Assembly: GCA_964354535.1 (NCBI GenBank)
Contig: CAYHAJ010000294.1
Coordinates: 5,067 to 69,066 of the forward strand
Direction: 5' to 3'
DNA from: an uncultured Pirellulales bacterium
GTDB taxonomy: Bacteria; Planctomycetota; Phycisphaerae; Sedimentisphaerales; Anaerobacaceae
Length of the DNA stretch: 64,000 nt
The notes under the pieces were generated by a model that made no database searches, was not told the origin of the DNA, and saw only the letters and a program-made list of their open reading frames with translations. Position 1 is the first letter of the stretch; every line of letters begins with the position of its first letter. Position numbers and translations under genes: made by a program. Below are positions 1 to 10,900 of the stretch, piece by piece.

Positions 1-1269
1 AACCCCCGGATCAAGACGCCCAACCTCGATCGGCTGGCGGCGCAGGGGGCCCGGCTCACGGACTTCTATGTGACTTGGCCGGCGTGCACGCCGTCACGCG
101 GCAGCCTGCTCACCGGCCGCTATCCCCAGCGCAACGGCACGTACGACATGTTCCGCAACGACCTGGTCGACAACGACTACCTGTACCCGCCCCAGGAGTA
201 CGCCGTGTCGTGGGAGATGGTTGGGGGGATGGACACCCGCGAGGTGCTGATCCCCAGGGTGCTCAAAACTGCGGGCTACACCAGCGGCATCTTCGGCAAG
301 TGGGACCTGGGGCAACTGCACCGTTTCCTGCCCCTGCAGCGCGGCTTCGACGAGTTCTACGGATTCACCAACACCGGGATCGACTACTGGACGCACGAGC
401 GTTACGGCGTCCCCTCGATGCGGCGGGGCAACGTGCCAACGGTCGAGGATAAAGGGACGTACGCCACGGACCTGTTCCGCCGGGAGGCTCTGCGCTTCAT
501 CCGGGATCACAAGGATCGTCCATTCTTCTGTTATGTCCCCTTCAACGCGCCGCACGGGGCGTCAAACCTGGAGCGGCCCCGCCCCGGCACGCAGGTGCCC
601 GTCGAGTACATCCGCAAGCACTATGGCGAGTACGACCCCGCCCAGTCCGACACCCGCGAAGCCCGACTCAAGCGTTACATGGCCGCCGTGACATACATGG
701 ACGAGGCCATTGGAGAGATGCTGGCACTTCTGGAGCAACTCGGTCTCGCCCAGAATACGCTCGTGATCTTCCTATCCGACAACGGCGGCGCGGGCGGCGC
801 CGACAACACGCCGTTGCGCGGGGGCAAGTCCCAGATGTTCGAAGGCGGGCTGCGCGTACCCTGTCTCGTGCGCTGGCCGGGCGTCGTGCCGGCCGGACGT
901 ACCTGCGAGGAATTCCTGACCACGCTGGAGATCTTCCCTACGCTCTGCCGGGCCGCCGGGATAACGCCGCCGGCAGATGTGGTCCTCGATGGCTTCGATA
1001 TGTCGGCGGTCCTGACGGGAGGACAGAAATCACTCCGCGCGGAGATGTTCTGGGAGCGTCGCGGCGACAAGGCGGCCCGGGTCGGTCGCTGGAAATGGGT
1101 CGAATCGGGTCGGGGCTCCGGCCTGTTCGACCTCGGGAACGACCTCGGGGAGAAACACGATCTGTCCCGAGAGAAGCCGGACGTACTCGCGCACGTGAAG
1201 TCACGCTTCGCGGCGTGGCAGAAGAGTATGGATGAGGCGGAGCCCCGAGGCCCCTTCCGCGACTTCTGA
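1..1269 (+). CDS. Type I formylglycine-dependent sulfatase (Cys-type), 5-prime partial
   Basis: The frame-1 ORF is open to position 1; [24 protein letters not shown] precedes the first listed Met. It carries the sulfatase C-x-P-x-R motif ([14 protein letters not shown]) plus GKWDLG, FNAPHGA and LSDNGG blocks. The stop is at 1267-1269. Confidence 0.9.
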   Translation, partial: NPRIKTPNLDRLAAQGARLTDFYVTWPACTPSRGSLLTGRYPQRNGTYDMFRNDLVDNDYLYPPQEYAVSWEMVGGMDTREVLIPRVLKTAGYTSGIFGKWDLGQLHRFLPLQRGFDEFYGFTNTGIDYWTHERYGVPSMRRGNVPTVEDKGTYATDLFRREALRFIRDHKDRPFFCYVPFNAPHGASNLERPRPGTQVPVEYIRKHYGEYDPAQSDTREARLKRYMAAVTYMDEAIGEMLALLEQLGLAQNTLVIFLSDNGGAGGADNTPLRGGKSQMFEGGLRVPCLVRWPGVVPAGRTCEEFLTTLEIFPTLCRAAGITPPADVVLDGFDMSAVLTGGQKSLRAEMFWERRGDKAARVGRWKWVESGRGSGLFDLGNDLGEKHDLSREKPDVLAHVKSRFAAWQKSMDEAEPRGPFRDF

Positions 1270-1303
1270 ATCCAGCGCGTCAACTCTGAAAGGACACTCT
1301 CGC

Positions 1304-1618
1304 ATGTCAGAATTCAAGAACGTAACCGTAGTCAAGAAGGCCAATGTATACTTCGATGGCAAGGTCACCAGCCGCACGGTGCTTTTCCCGGATGGCTCCA
1401 AGAAGACGCTGGGCGTCATGCTTCCGGGCGAGTACTCCTTCAACACGGGCGATAAGGAGATCATGGAGATTTTCTCCGGCACGCTGGAGGTCCAGGTGCC
1501 CGGCTCCAAGGTCTGGAAGAAGGTCAAAGGCGGCGCGCAGTTCGAAGTCCCGCCCCAGTCCAAGTTCAGCCTGAAAGTCACCACCCTGACCGACTACTGT
1601 TGCTCGTTCGTCAAGTAG
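1304..1618 (+). CDS. ppnP: Pyrimidine/purine nucleoside phosphorylase PpnP (DUF1255/YaiE cupin)
   Basis: ATG 1304 lies inside ORF 1232..1618. The 104-aa product [26 protein letters not shown]...[16 protein letters not shown] is colinear with the YaiE/PpnP family as I recall it. Confidence 0.8.
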   Translation: MSEFKNVTVVKKANVYFDGKVTSRTVLFPDGSKKTLGVMLPGEYSFNTGDKEIMEIFSGTLEVQVPGSKVWKKVKGGAQFEVPPQSKFSLKVTTLTDYCCSFVK

Positions 1619-1649
1619 CATCGGTCCTCAGCAAGTCTCGCACACACCT

Positions 1650-2597
1650 GTGAAACAAAGTAGCGGCACGATCAACTGGTATACCGGCGGCGGCCTGATA
1701 GCCATCGTCCTGTGGAGCACGACGTTTGGCGTGGCGCGGCGTCTGTCGGAACAGGCCGGGCCCCTGACGGCCGGAGCCTGCGTCTACCTGCTCGGCGGCG
1801 TGCTCTACTGGCTCTGGCTCGCCCGGTCGGGAACACCGTTGCGTTGGCTCCGGACGCCTTCGCGGCGCTACGTGTTCGGCTGTGGGTTCCTGTTCGTCCT
1901 GTACACCATTCTCGCCTATTTGGCCATCGGGTTGGCCGCCGACCACCAGCAGTTGCTCGAAGTCGGCCTGATCAACTACCTGTGGCCGGTCGCGACGGTC
2001 CTGCTGTCGCTGGTGCTGCTGAACGAACGAGCTTCGGCGCTATTGGTGCCGGGCACGATCCTGGCCCTGACGGGTGAATTCCTGGTGCTCACGCACGGCG
2101 CTCCGGTGTCCTGGGACTCCTTTGCAGGCCGCCTGCAAGCGAATCCCGCTCCGTATGCGCTGGCGTTGGTGGCCGCGGTGTCGTGGGCGTTGTACTCGAC
2201 CCTGACACGCCGCTGGTCGCAGCCCGGGGCGGACGGGGCCGTGGCGCTGTTCATTCCGGCCACAGGCCTGGCGCTGCTGCTGCTGCGTTTCGCGGCGCGG
2301 GAGTCCTCAACGTGGACCCCGCGTGCCGCCGGCGAAGCCGTGGTGCTGGCCACCCTCACGGTGGTGGCCTATGCCTTCTGGGATGCCGCAATGCGCAAGG
2401 GCAACCTGCTGTTCGTGACGGCCTGCTCTTACTTCACCCCCCTGCTCTCGACGTTGGTGAGCTGTGCCTACCTAAGAGTGGTCCCGGGGTGGCGACTCTG
2501 GCTGGGATGCCTGGTCCTGGTGGCCGGCTCCTTCCTGACGTGGCTGTCCGTCTCAGGGCGAGCCTCACCTCGCACGAATCCTTCGGAACTCGTATAA
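1650..2597 (+). CDS. DMT/EamA-family membrane transporter (YddG-like)
   Basis: GTG-start ORF that is strongly hydrophobic with about 10 predicted helices in two EamA-like halves (LWSTTFGVARRL, VSWALYSTLTRRW). This is a family-level call only. Confidence 0.75.
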   Translation: MKQSSGTINWYTGGGLIAIVLWSTTFGVARRLSEQAGPLTAGACVYLLGGVLYWLWLARSGTPLRWLRTPSRRYVFGCGFLFVLYTILAYLAIGLAADHQQLLEVGLINYLWPVATVLLSLVLLNERASALLVPGTILALTGEFLVLTHGAPVSWDSFAGRLQANPAPYALALVAAVSWALYSTLTRRWSQPGADGAVALFIPATGLALLLLRFAARESSTWTPRAAGEAVVLATLTVVAYAFWDAAMRKGNLLFVTACSYFTPLLSTLVSCAYLRVVPGWRLWLGCLVLVAGSFLTWLSVSGRASPRTNPSELV

Positions 2598-2677
2598 TAG
2601 TGACGACCGGCGCCACGTGGCAAAGTGACGGCAGGAGCGTGCCGGCAGGAAGGGTCCTTGAGAATGTCGGAGTGGAT

Positions 2678-5110
2678 ATGAAAACCAGAAGTGTGGTCGT
2701 CGCGGCGTTGTTGGTTCTTGGCAGCGGGGTATCCGGGGCGAGTGAACAGGGGTGCGAGCCGAACAGCCGTGCGGAAAAGAAGTTCGTTCTGGACTGGCTC
2801 AGCCAACCGGCGGTGATCGAGAAATTCGGCCACATCTCGGAAGCCATCTGGCGCTTTGCCGAATTAGGGTTGCAGGAGTTCAAATCCTCGGCTCTGCTCG
2901 TCGAGACCCTGAAAAAGGAGGGATTTCACGTCGACAAGGGTCTGGCCGGAATGCCCACCTGCTTCGTGGCGTCCTACGGAACCGGAAAGCCCGTGATCGG
3001 CATTCTCGCGGAGTTCGATGCCTTGCCCATGCTCTCGCAGAAAGCTCGCGTCACCAGCAAGGAGCCGCTCGTCGAGGGCGCCCCGGGACATGGTTGCGGC
3101 CACAATCTGATGGGCAGCGCCGCCACCGCCGCTGCGATTGCCGTGAAGCGCTGCATGGAGAAGCACAACCTGCGCGGGACGATCAAGCTGTTCGGCTCGC
3201 CTGCGGAGGAGACACTCATCAGCCGGCCCTACATGGTCCGGGCGGGGCTGTTTCAGGACGTCGATGCGGTCATCAACAACCACGCCAGCAGCGAATTCTC
3301 GACGGATTACGGCGTCAAAGGCACGGCCGTGTATTCGGTCGTCTTCATGTTCACCGGCAAGACCGCACACAGCGGCTCCAGTCCCTGGTCCGGGCGCAGC
3401 GCCCTCGATGCGGTCGAGATCATGAACATCTCGACCAACTACCTGCGCGAGCACCTGCATTTCGCCAGTCGCATGCACTACGTCGTCCTGGACGGCGGCG
3501 AGGCCCCGAACGTCGTGCCCGACCGGGCCAGTGTCTGGTACTATCTTCGGAATTCGGACGACCGGCTGGAGGAAATGTACCAGCGGGTGGTCAACTGCGC
3601 CAAAGGCGCTGCCCTGGCCACGGGGACGGAGTTGGCACCGATCCGCTGCCTGTCTGCGATTCACCAGTCCCATCACAACCAGGCCCTGGCGGAGCTGTTC
3701 CAGGAGAACATCAAGCTGGTGGGCATGCCCCCGTGGACGGACGAGGAACAGGCTTTCGCCCGGGCCCTGCAGAAAAGTCTGGGCAAAGAAGAAAAGGGGA
3801 TGCCGGCGGATGTCAATAAGCTCAAAGGTCCGGATGCGGTGTTTACCGGGGGCGCTTCGTCGGACCACGGGGACGTGACCCTGATCGCCCCGACCGCGAC
3901 GATCCGCTTCCCCGGCGAGGTGCCGGGCGCGATCGGACATCATTGGTCCTGCGTCGCCTGCAATTCTGGGTCGGGGGCCTGGAAAGGCCTGAATGCGGGG
4001 GCCAAGGCAATGGCCGCCTCCGCCGTGGACTTGTTAACCAAGCCGGAGGTCCTGCGCAAAGCCCAGGAGGAATTCGCCGCCTACAGCAAGAAGCATCCCT
4101 ACAAATCCTTCCTGCCCCCCGACGTCCAGCCGCCCCTGGACATGAACAAGACCCTGATGGAGAAATACCGGCCGCTCCTGGAGAAGATGAACGTGGGAGC
4201 CAATATGGCGGGTGAAGATCAGAGGGACATCCGAAGACAAGTCAGCCGACGGAAGGTGCTGCGGGCCATGGCCGGTTCGGGGGCTGCGATGATAACCGGC
4301 ACGGCTGCAACTTCCGGCGGGGAACGAGTCGCCGGCGCGGGGCGGATCAAGCAGTCCATCGCCTACTGGTGTGTGCAGAAGTACTGGCGCATCGAGAAGA
4401 CCTGCCAGGTGGCGCGAGAGCTTGGGTGCAAAAGCGTCGAGCTTGTTGATCCGAAGGACTGGCCCACACTCAAGAAGTATGGACTGGTCTGTGCCATCGC
4501 GAACAGTCACTGGTTCGACAAGGGCATGAACAATCCCCAATACCACGCGATGTGTCTAAGCAAGCTGCGCGAGGCCATTGAGGCGTGCGGCGATGCTGGA
4601 TTTCCGAATGTGATCACGTTTACCGGGCTGGCCGAGGGGATCGGTCCCGAGGAGGGGATCAGGAACTGCGTCGCCGGGTATAAGAAGATCATGAGCTATG
4701 CGGAGAAGCAGAAAGTCAACCTCTGCTTAGAAGTGCTGAACAGCCGTGTGGCGGTCGATATGGTGGGCGTCCCGGGCTACCAGGGCGACCACACGGACTA
4801 CTGCATGCAGATCGTCCGGCAGGTCGGCTCGCCCCGGATGAGACTGCTGTTCGACATCTTCCATGTGCAGATCATGGACGGGGACATTATCGCCCGCATC
4901 CGGCAATACAAAGACTACATCGGGCACTATCACACCGCCGGCAATCCGGGCCGACGGGAACTGGACGATCAGCAGGAAATCAACTATCGCCCGATCATGG
5001 AAGAGATCGCCCGCACCGGCTACAGTGGCTACGTCGGTCACGAATTCATCCCAACGCGCGACCCGCGGGAGGGTCTCCGGCACGCGGTCACGCTGTGTGA
5101 TGTATGGTAA
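2678..5110 (+). CDS. Single uninterrupted ORF encoding an M20/AbgB-like amidohydrolase domain followed by a Tat-signal xylose-isomerase-like TIM-barrel (hydroxypyruvate-isomerase-like) domain
   Basis: ATG 2678 starts a Sec-type signal (MKTRSVVVAALLVLGSGVSGA). M20 blocks follow: GHGCGHNL, FGSPAEE, TGKTAHSG. With no stop in between comes MAGEDQRDIRRQVSRRKVLRAMAGSGAAMITG (a twin-arginine signal) and then a TIM-barrel domain (HYHTAGNPGRRE, GHEFIP). A possible internal start at ATG 4205 is preceded by GGGAG. The upstream part of the listed ORF (2183-2677) overlaps the transporter gene and was discarded. Confidence 0.7.
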   Translation: MKTRSVVVAALLVLGSGVSGASEQGCEPNSRAEKKFVLDWLSQPAVIEKFGHISEAIWRFAELGLQEFKSSALLVETLKKEGFHVDKGLAGMPTCFVASYGTGKPVIGILAEFDALPMLSQKARVTSKEPLVEGAPGHGCGHNLMGSAATAAAIAVKRCMEKHNLRGTIKLFGSPAEETLISRPYMVRAGLFQDVDAVINNHASSEFSTDYGVKGTAVYSVVFMFTGKTAHSGSSPWSGRSALDAVEIMNISTNYLREHLHFASRMHYVVLDGGEAPNVVPDRASVWYYLRNSDDRLEEMYQRVVNCAKGAALATGTELAPIRCLSAIHQSHHNQALAELFQENIKLVGMPPWTDEEQAFARALQKSLGKEEKGMPADVNKLKGPDAVFTGGASSDHGDVTLIAPTATIRFPGEVPGAIGHHWSCVACNSGSGAWKGLNAGAKAMAASAVDLLTKPEVLRKAQEEFAAYSKKHPYKSFLPPDVQPPLDMNKTLMEKYRPLLEKMNVGANMAGEDQRDIRRQVSRRKVLRAMAGSGAAMITGTAATSGGERVAGAGRIKQSIAYWCVQKYWRIEKTCQVARELGCKSVELVDPKDWPTLKKYGLVCAIANSHWFDKGMNNPQYHAMCLSKLREAIEACGDAGFPNVITFTGLAEGIGPEEGIRNCVAGYKKIMSYAEKQKVNLCLEVLNSRVAVDMVGVPGYQGDHTDYCMQIVRQVGSPRMRLLFDIFHVQIMDGDIIARIRQYKDYIGHYHTAGNPGRRELDDQQEINYRPIMEEIARTGYSGYVGHEFIPTRDPREGLRHAVTLCDVW

Positions 5111-5176
5111 AGGCACGCGGGCTATCTGCCGATAAACCTCCATCTTGTTTTGGATTCCCTTCGGGAGGATTATCGT

Positions 5177-6154
5177 ATGCACGGCGAGCAAAAGGTCGAA
5201 GCCATGCCAACCGATCGTCCGATATTCGGGCTGCCCGTAGACACCCGCATTCTCTTCTCCAACCATAAAGGCCTCTACAAGCGGCGCATTGAGAAGAACA
5301 AGACGAACCTGCTGCGGAAACTGGGTTTTCTCGCCCAATTCCTCGACGCCGATGAGAAGATCGTCTTCGTCACGACCGGCTGCTCCCCGTATACGACGCT
5401 CGAACAACTGACGGCCGGCGCCCTCTGGGTCATGCTGCTCAAACGGGCCTTGTTCGTGTTCACGAACAAGCGGCTGCTTCACATCCCCACGACCTGGAGA
5501 TTCGACTACCGGGGTTCCATTGCACAGATTCTGTACCAGGACTGCCGGCGGCTGCATGTCAAAGGGGGCCGGCTCGTCGCGGAGTATCACAACGGCAGGA
5601 AAGAGAAGTTCTTATACATTCCACGCTGCGATCGTGCGGTCATCAAGCACTTCCGATTCTCGACCAGTGAGTTCGACCGGCGCAGCGAGAATCCACAGCG
5701 GAATCACCTGTGCCCGAATTGCGCCCAGGTTCTGCCCGCCCGCACCGTCGTGTGCCCCGCCTGCGGGCTCGAATTCAAGAACCGGGCGACGGGCCTGACA
5801 CGCTCCGTGCTCGTACCGGGCGGCGGGTACTTCTACACCGGGCATCCTTTCCTCGGGGTCGGAGACGCCCTGGGGGAAGCCTATCTCCTGATTCTCGCCC
5901 TGGTGAGCCTCGGCCTGGCGCTGCTCGGCGACGGGGAGGCGATGTTCACCTTCCTGGTGTTTCTGGCGGCTCTGACCATCGAGAAGCTGGTCACCATCTA
6001 CCATTCGAACAGCTTCCTCGCCGAGTTCATTCCGAGGGACCGCAAGGCGCTCCTGAGCGGCCGACCGGTACAGAGGGTGCAAACGGAACAGCCGCCCATC
6101 CCGACGACACCCGAGCCCAAACGCCGGCCGGAAGAGATCCTGTCCGTCCGCTAA
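5177..6154 (+). CDS. Hypothetical membrane protein with PH-like N-terminal region and zinc-ribbon
   Basis: ATG 5177 is preceded by GGGAGG (5163-5168). The product has a CPNC...CPAC ribbon followed by two hydrophobic helices and a Pro/Glu-rich tail. No family name recognised. Confidence 0.65.
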   Translation: MHGEQKVEAMPTDRPIFGLPVDTRILFSNHKGLYKRRIEKNKTNLLRKLGFLAQFLDADEKIVFVTTGCSPYTTLEQLTAGALWVMLLKRALFVFTNKRLLHIPTTWRFDYRGSIAQILYQDCRRLHVKGGRLVAEYHNGRKEKFLYIPRCDRAVIKHFRFSTSEFDRRSENPQRNHLCPNCAQVLPARTVVCPACGLEFKNRATGLTRSVLVPGGGYFYTGHPFLGVGDALGEAYLLILALVSLGLALLGDGEAMFTFLVFLAALTIEKLVTIYHSNSFLAEFIPRDRKALLSGRPVQRVQTEQPPIPTTPEPKRRPEEILSVR

Positions 6155-6170
6155 ACGTGCGGACCAGGCG

Positions 6171-7613
6171 CTACCGCTTCACCGCCCGGTTGTAGATGCG
6201 GACGTCGTCGATCAGCCCGGAGAAGAAGGAGCCGGGTTCGAGGCCCGCGCCGCAGCCAATCTTCAGACCGCCGCTGGAAGCGGCAAGGCCCGACTGGGCG
6301 TCCTGGCCGGCGAGAACGTCATCCACGTACAAAGCCCGGGTCGCGCCGTCACAGACCACGCCGACCCGATGCCAGCCGCCATCGAGAATACTGGACTGGG
6401 ACACCAGAGGCGTTGGAGCTTGCCGGCCGCCGGCTGGTCGTGACAGGCTGGTCATGAGCCTCCCCCCGGCGTCCACCGCGAGCCAATTCGCGCCGCTCGC
6501 CTGAGAGAGGATCAACTGCCCCGGTGCTCCGCCTTTGACCCAGGCAAACGCACTGAATGGCCCTGCCGCCGGATCGAGAATAAAGCCGGTGCTGATGTAA
6601 TCGTCGAGCCCATCCAATTGAACCGCTCCCTGTATCTTGCCGCTCGGCTGCCAGAGCGGCCCCCCGTGCAGCAGACCGTCATTGCTCCCGGCGCTGTCCT
6701 TGGCAGTGCCACCCTCAGTCTCGTCCAGTTTGTAGTGGGCAACCAGGCTGGCATCCTTGAGCTTCACCTGGAAAAACGCCAGGGTCAGCCGCCAGGCCAA
6801 CTCGGCCGCGGCCTTGTTGTACGCCGTCTTGGTGTCGTTGAAGAAGGCATGGCCGGCCCCTTTGTGGACGTAGATTCCATAATCGATGCCCGCTGCCTTG
6901 AGTGCGGCCTCATAAGCGACCATGCCGGCATTGATGTTATTGTCGAGGGCGCCGTAGTGGCATAGCATGGCTGCCTTGATCTTCGGCACATCCGCCGCCG
7001 CCGGCGCTGCGCCATAGAACGGGACCGCCGCCGCCAAATCCGCCCCCAAATCCGGCGCGTTGACGGCGACCTGGTTCGTCATGGCCCCGCCCCAGCAGAA
7101 ACCCGTGCAGCCGACCTTGCCCGTCGTCTGGGGGTGCGTCTGGAGGTACTGCACCGCCGCCACGAAATTCTTGATCGTCGCCTGGTAGTTCAGTGAGTTG
7201 ATGCTGCTACCACTGGCAGTCCCTCCCAGCGGCGATAAGGCGTCCGGAGCAATCGCATGAAATCCCTCCAGCGCGAAGCGTCGCGCCACGTCCTCGAAAT
7301 GCGGCTGCAAGCCCGTATTCTCGTGAACAATGACGATGGCCGGATACTGCTCCGGGCCTTTGGGCCGAGCGGCGTAGGCCCGCATGTCGCCCGTCTCGCC
7401 ACGATAGGTAATGTATCCCGTCTCGAGCCGGGGGTCATCCTTCGGAACGAAGTCGCCCAAGGCGACGTGGTCCCCCCAGCGTGCGAGCAAGGCGGAGGCC
7501 GCCGCCGTACCGCCGGACAACAGCGCTACCTGTTTGAGGAATCCGCGCCGATCCAGATAGGTCTTGATATCTTCGCCGCCTCGGTCAACTCGGGATGTTC
7601 GCTCTGATATCAT
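6171..7613 (-). CDS. Tat-secreted dienelactone hydrolase fused to a C-terminal LamG/concanavalin-like domain
   Basis: ATG 7613 is preceded by AAGGAGG. The product has a Tat signal (DRRGFLKQVALLSGGTAAASA) and a DLH core with the GFCWGG nucleophile elbow and GAGHAF His. The C-terminal 190 aa or so match the Laminin_G_3 pattern (LVAHYKLDE...LDGLDDYI...WHRVGVV...LYVDD...IDDVRIYNRAV). Confidence 0.8.
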   Translation of the reverse strand: MISERTSRVDRGGEDIKTYLDRRGFLKQVALLSGGTAAASALLARWGDHVALGDFVPKDDPRLETGYITYRGETGDMRAYAARPKGPEQYPAIVIVHENTGLQPHFEDVARRFALEGFHAIAPDALSPLGGTASGSSINSLNYQATIKNFVAAVQYLQTHPQTTGKVGCTGFCWGGAMTNQVAVNAPDLGADLAAAVPFYGAAPAAADVPKIKAAMLCHYGALDNNINAGMVAYEAALKAAGIDYGIYVHKGAGHAFFNDTKTAYNKAAAELAWRLTLAFFQVKLKDASLVAHYKLDETEGGTAKDSAGSNDGLLHGGPLWQPSGKIQGAVQLDGLDDYISTGFILDPAAGPFSAFAWVKGGAPGQLILSQASGANWLAVDAGGRLMTSLSRPAGGRQAPTPLVSQSSILDGGWHRVGVVCDGATRALYVDDVLAGQDAQSGLAASSGGLKIGCGAGLEPGSFFSGLIDDVRIYNRAVKR

Positions 7614-7805
7614 AGCAGGTCCTCCTTCATGACACACGTTATGATACCCATGTCCCCCGTCCAATGTCAAGAACAGAGGTCATTGGGCGTCATGTCGTCC
7701 TTGGGAAAAAGTAGAATGTCCCCTCTTCTTCACCACCCATCCGGCTGACCGAATCGCTGATTTGACCCCTTCCCGCTGGGCACAGACATCCCCACACTTC
7801 TGAGA

Positions 7806-7835
7806 TTGACCTGACACCCACCCATCTGGTAGACT
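7806..7835 (+). promoter_or_regulatory. Possible sigma70-type promoter for the GLUG gene
   Basis: TTGACC (7806-7811), an 18-nt spacer, then TAGACT (7830-7835), about 95 nt upstream of ATG 7930. Pattern match only. Confidence 0.25.
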
Positions 7836-7929
7836 ATCTGTCAGCAATTCTCTGGTGCAGCATCGTCGTGTAGGCCGGTAGGCAGGCGGTTGTCTTTCTG
7901 CCGAGAGTTGGGGGGACGGAGGAACGGAT

Positions 7930-10900
7930 ATGTTGGAGGCAAGGACTTCCCAAATTGTGCGGTCTATCTCTGTTCTGATCGCAGCCTGCCTTTTTGCCTT
8001 GCCTGCTCACGCCAAATACAGCGGGGGGACGGGAGAGCCGAACGATCCATACCAGATCGCCACGGCCGCCGACCTGATCGCTTTGGGGAACGAACCCAAC
8101 GACTACGACAAGCACTTCATTCTGACCGCCGACATCGACCTCGACCCCAAGCTCCCCGGCCGCAAGGTGTTCGACAAGGCGGTCATCGCGCCGGATACCG
8201 ACCCCACGAAGGAGTATTTCCAGGGCACTCCGTTCACCGGCGTCTTTGACGGGGATGGTCACAGGGTCTCGCATCTGACTATTACGGGGAAGGACTATCT
8301 GGGCCTTTTTGGTTTTGGTCAATGGTATTCCGGGGCAGAGGTGAAGGATCTTGGAGTGGTGGATGTCAACATAAACGGTTCAGGTGGTTATGTCGGTGGG
8401 CTCGTCGGGTTGAACGGGGGCTCTGTGACCCAGTGCTACAGCACCGGCATGGTCACCGGCAAAGACTATGTCGGTGGGCTCGTCGGGGGCATCACCGGCC
8501 GCAGCGTGGTCGCCACTATCTCAAACTGCTACAGCACCGGTGTGGTCACTGGGAAGACCCGCGTTGGCGGACTGGTGGGCACGAGCTTGAATGCCGCCGT
8601 GACCCACTGCTATAGCACCGGTGCAGTCAGTGGCAGTTCACAGGTCGGCGGGTTGGTCGGGTACGTGGAGTCTAACTGGGATACTATGGTGGCCGGCTGT
8701 TTCTGGAATGCCGAGACCTCAGGCCGAGGTACGAGTGCTGGCGGCACAGGACTGACCACCGACAAGATGCAGGACATTCAGACTTATCAGAGTGCACGGT
8801 GGGATTTTGTTGGCCAGATCGAGGATGGGACCTCCGAGATATGGCAAATGCCTGAAGGAGGCGGCTACCCCGTCCTGGCCATATTCAGCGGATATCTCCC
8901 GCCCCAACTGCGAGGCTTGGGCACACTTGAGGATCCCTACCTGATATCCAACGCCCTGGAGCTTGGGGCGATAGTCCACTACCGTTCCCGTGCCTGCTAT
9001 CGGTTGGCTGCTTCAATTGACCTCTCTGGTGTCCGGTGGGGTACGGCGGTGATCCCCTCGTTTGCAGGGACATTCGATGGGAATGGCCTGACGATCTCAC
9101 ATCTGACGATCACGGGTGAGAGCTATCTGGGACTGTTTGGCCGGTTGGAGTGGGGGGCCGAGGTCAGGAACCTTGGAGTAGTGGATGTCAACATAAACGG
9201 TTCAGGTGGCGATGTCGGTGGGCTCGTGGGGTGGAACGAGGGTGCTGTGACCCGCTGCTACAGCACGGGCAAGGTCAGTGGCACTTCGACCGTTGGTGGG
9301 CTGATCGCGATGAATCTGGGACGTGGTGCGACCCAGTGCTACAGCATGGTTGCGGTCAGCGGCAACGGTTACGTCGGTGGGCTGGTGGGATTAAGTGGCC
9401 GCACCGGTGGCGGGGGGAGAATAGCCGACAGCTATAGCACCGGCGCGGTCAGCGGCGCCAAATATGTCGGTGGCCTGGTGGGGTCCACCCACGGCGAGGA
9501 GGTAACGCGTTGCTACAGTACCGGTGCGGTCATGGGCACCGGTTTGTACGTCGGTGGGCTGGTGGGCGACAACGATTCTCCGACCCAGTGTTTCTGGGAC
9601 ACTCAGACCTCAGGTCAGGCCAGCAGTGCCGGCGGCACAGGCAAGACCACGGCCGAGATGCACGACCCGAACACGTTCAGGGCCGCGGGGTGGGATTTTG
9701 TTGGTCAAGCAGATGGGCCGAGCGACATCTGGGCCATGCCGGAGGGCGGCGGATATCCGATTCTATGGTGGCAACTATCACCTTGGCCAAACCTGCCAAC
9801 GTTCTCCGGCGGCATGGGCGAACCGAATGACCCCTATGTGATCTCGACGGCCATGGACCTGAGCAGTATTGGCTGCAATCCAAGACTCATGAGATGCCAC
9901 TTCAAGCTCGTTGCTGATCTCGACTTGACCGGTCTTCGCTTCTATCCCATGGGTGATGTGGACTGCCCCTATGGCGGTGTCTTTGACGGCAACGGTCACA
10001 CGATCTCGCATCTGACGATCAAGGGTGAGAGCTATCTGGGACTGTTTGGCATGCTGGGTTCCGGGGCCGAGGTCAAGAACCTGGGCGTAGTGGATGCCAA
10101 CCTGAGCGGTTCAGATGGCTATGTCGGCGGGCTGGTGGGGCACAACTATAGCGGTTCTGTGACCAATTGCTACAGCACTGGTGTGATTAGCGGCACCTAC
10201 AGGGTCGGCGGGCTGGTGGGCTCCAACGAGTCTGGCACTGTGACCCAGTGCTACAGCACCGGTACGGTCAGCGGCAACGACAATGTCGGCGGGCTCGTGG
10301 GGTGGAACTACGAAGCTACTGTGACCGACTGCCACAGCACCGGTACGGTTAGCAGCAAAGACTCTGTCGGCGGATTGGTGGGCTGGGTCTACAGTGGCGA
10401 TGTGACCCAGAGCTACAGCACGGGTGCGGTCATTGGCACTGGAGGGGCTGTGGGCGGACTGGTGGGGTCCAACTCGGGCACTCTGACCGACTGCTATAGC
10501 ACCGGTGCAGTCAGTGGGGGTTCGTCCGTCGGCGGACTGGTGGGGTCCAACTCAGGCACTCTGACCGATTGCGATAGCACCGGTGCGGTCGGTGGCGATT
10601 CGCAGGTCGGCGGACTGGTGGGGTCCAACTCGGGCACTCTGACCGACTGCTACAGCACCGGTACGGTCACCGGCACTGGCTGGTCTGTCGGCGGGCTGGT
10701 GGGGAAGAACAACCGAGGGACGCTGACCGAGTGCTACAGCACCGCTGCGGTCAGGGGCTACGCGTCTGTCGGTGGTCTGGTGGGGCGGAACGATGGAGGT
10801 ACTGTGACCCAGTGCTACAGCACCAGTGCGGTCAATGGCGTTGGGGGTGTCGGCGGGCTGGTGGGGGAAAACTACCGGGGTACTGTGTCCCAGTGCTACA

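Noticed and set aside
2183-2677. N-terminal 165-codon extension of the long ORF 2183..5110
   Set aside because: It overlaps the DMT transporter gene in another frame and is Arg/Gly-rich. The Met at 2678 begins a proper signal peptide.
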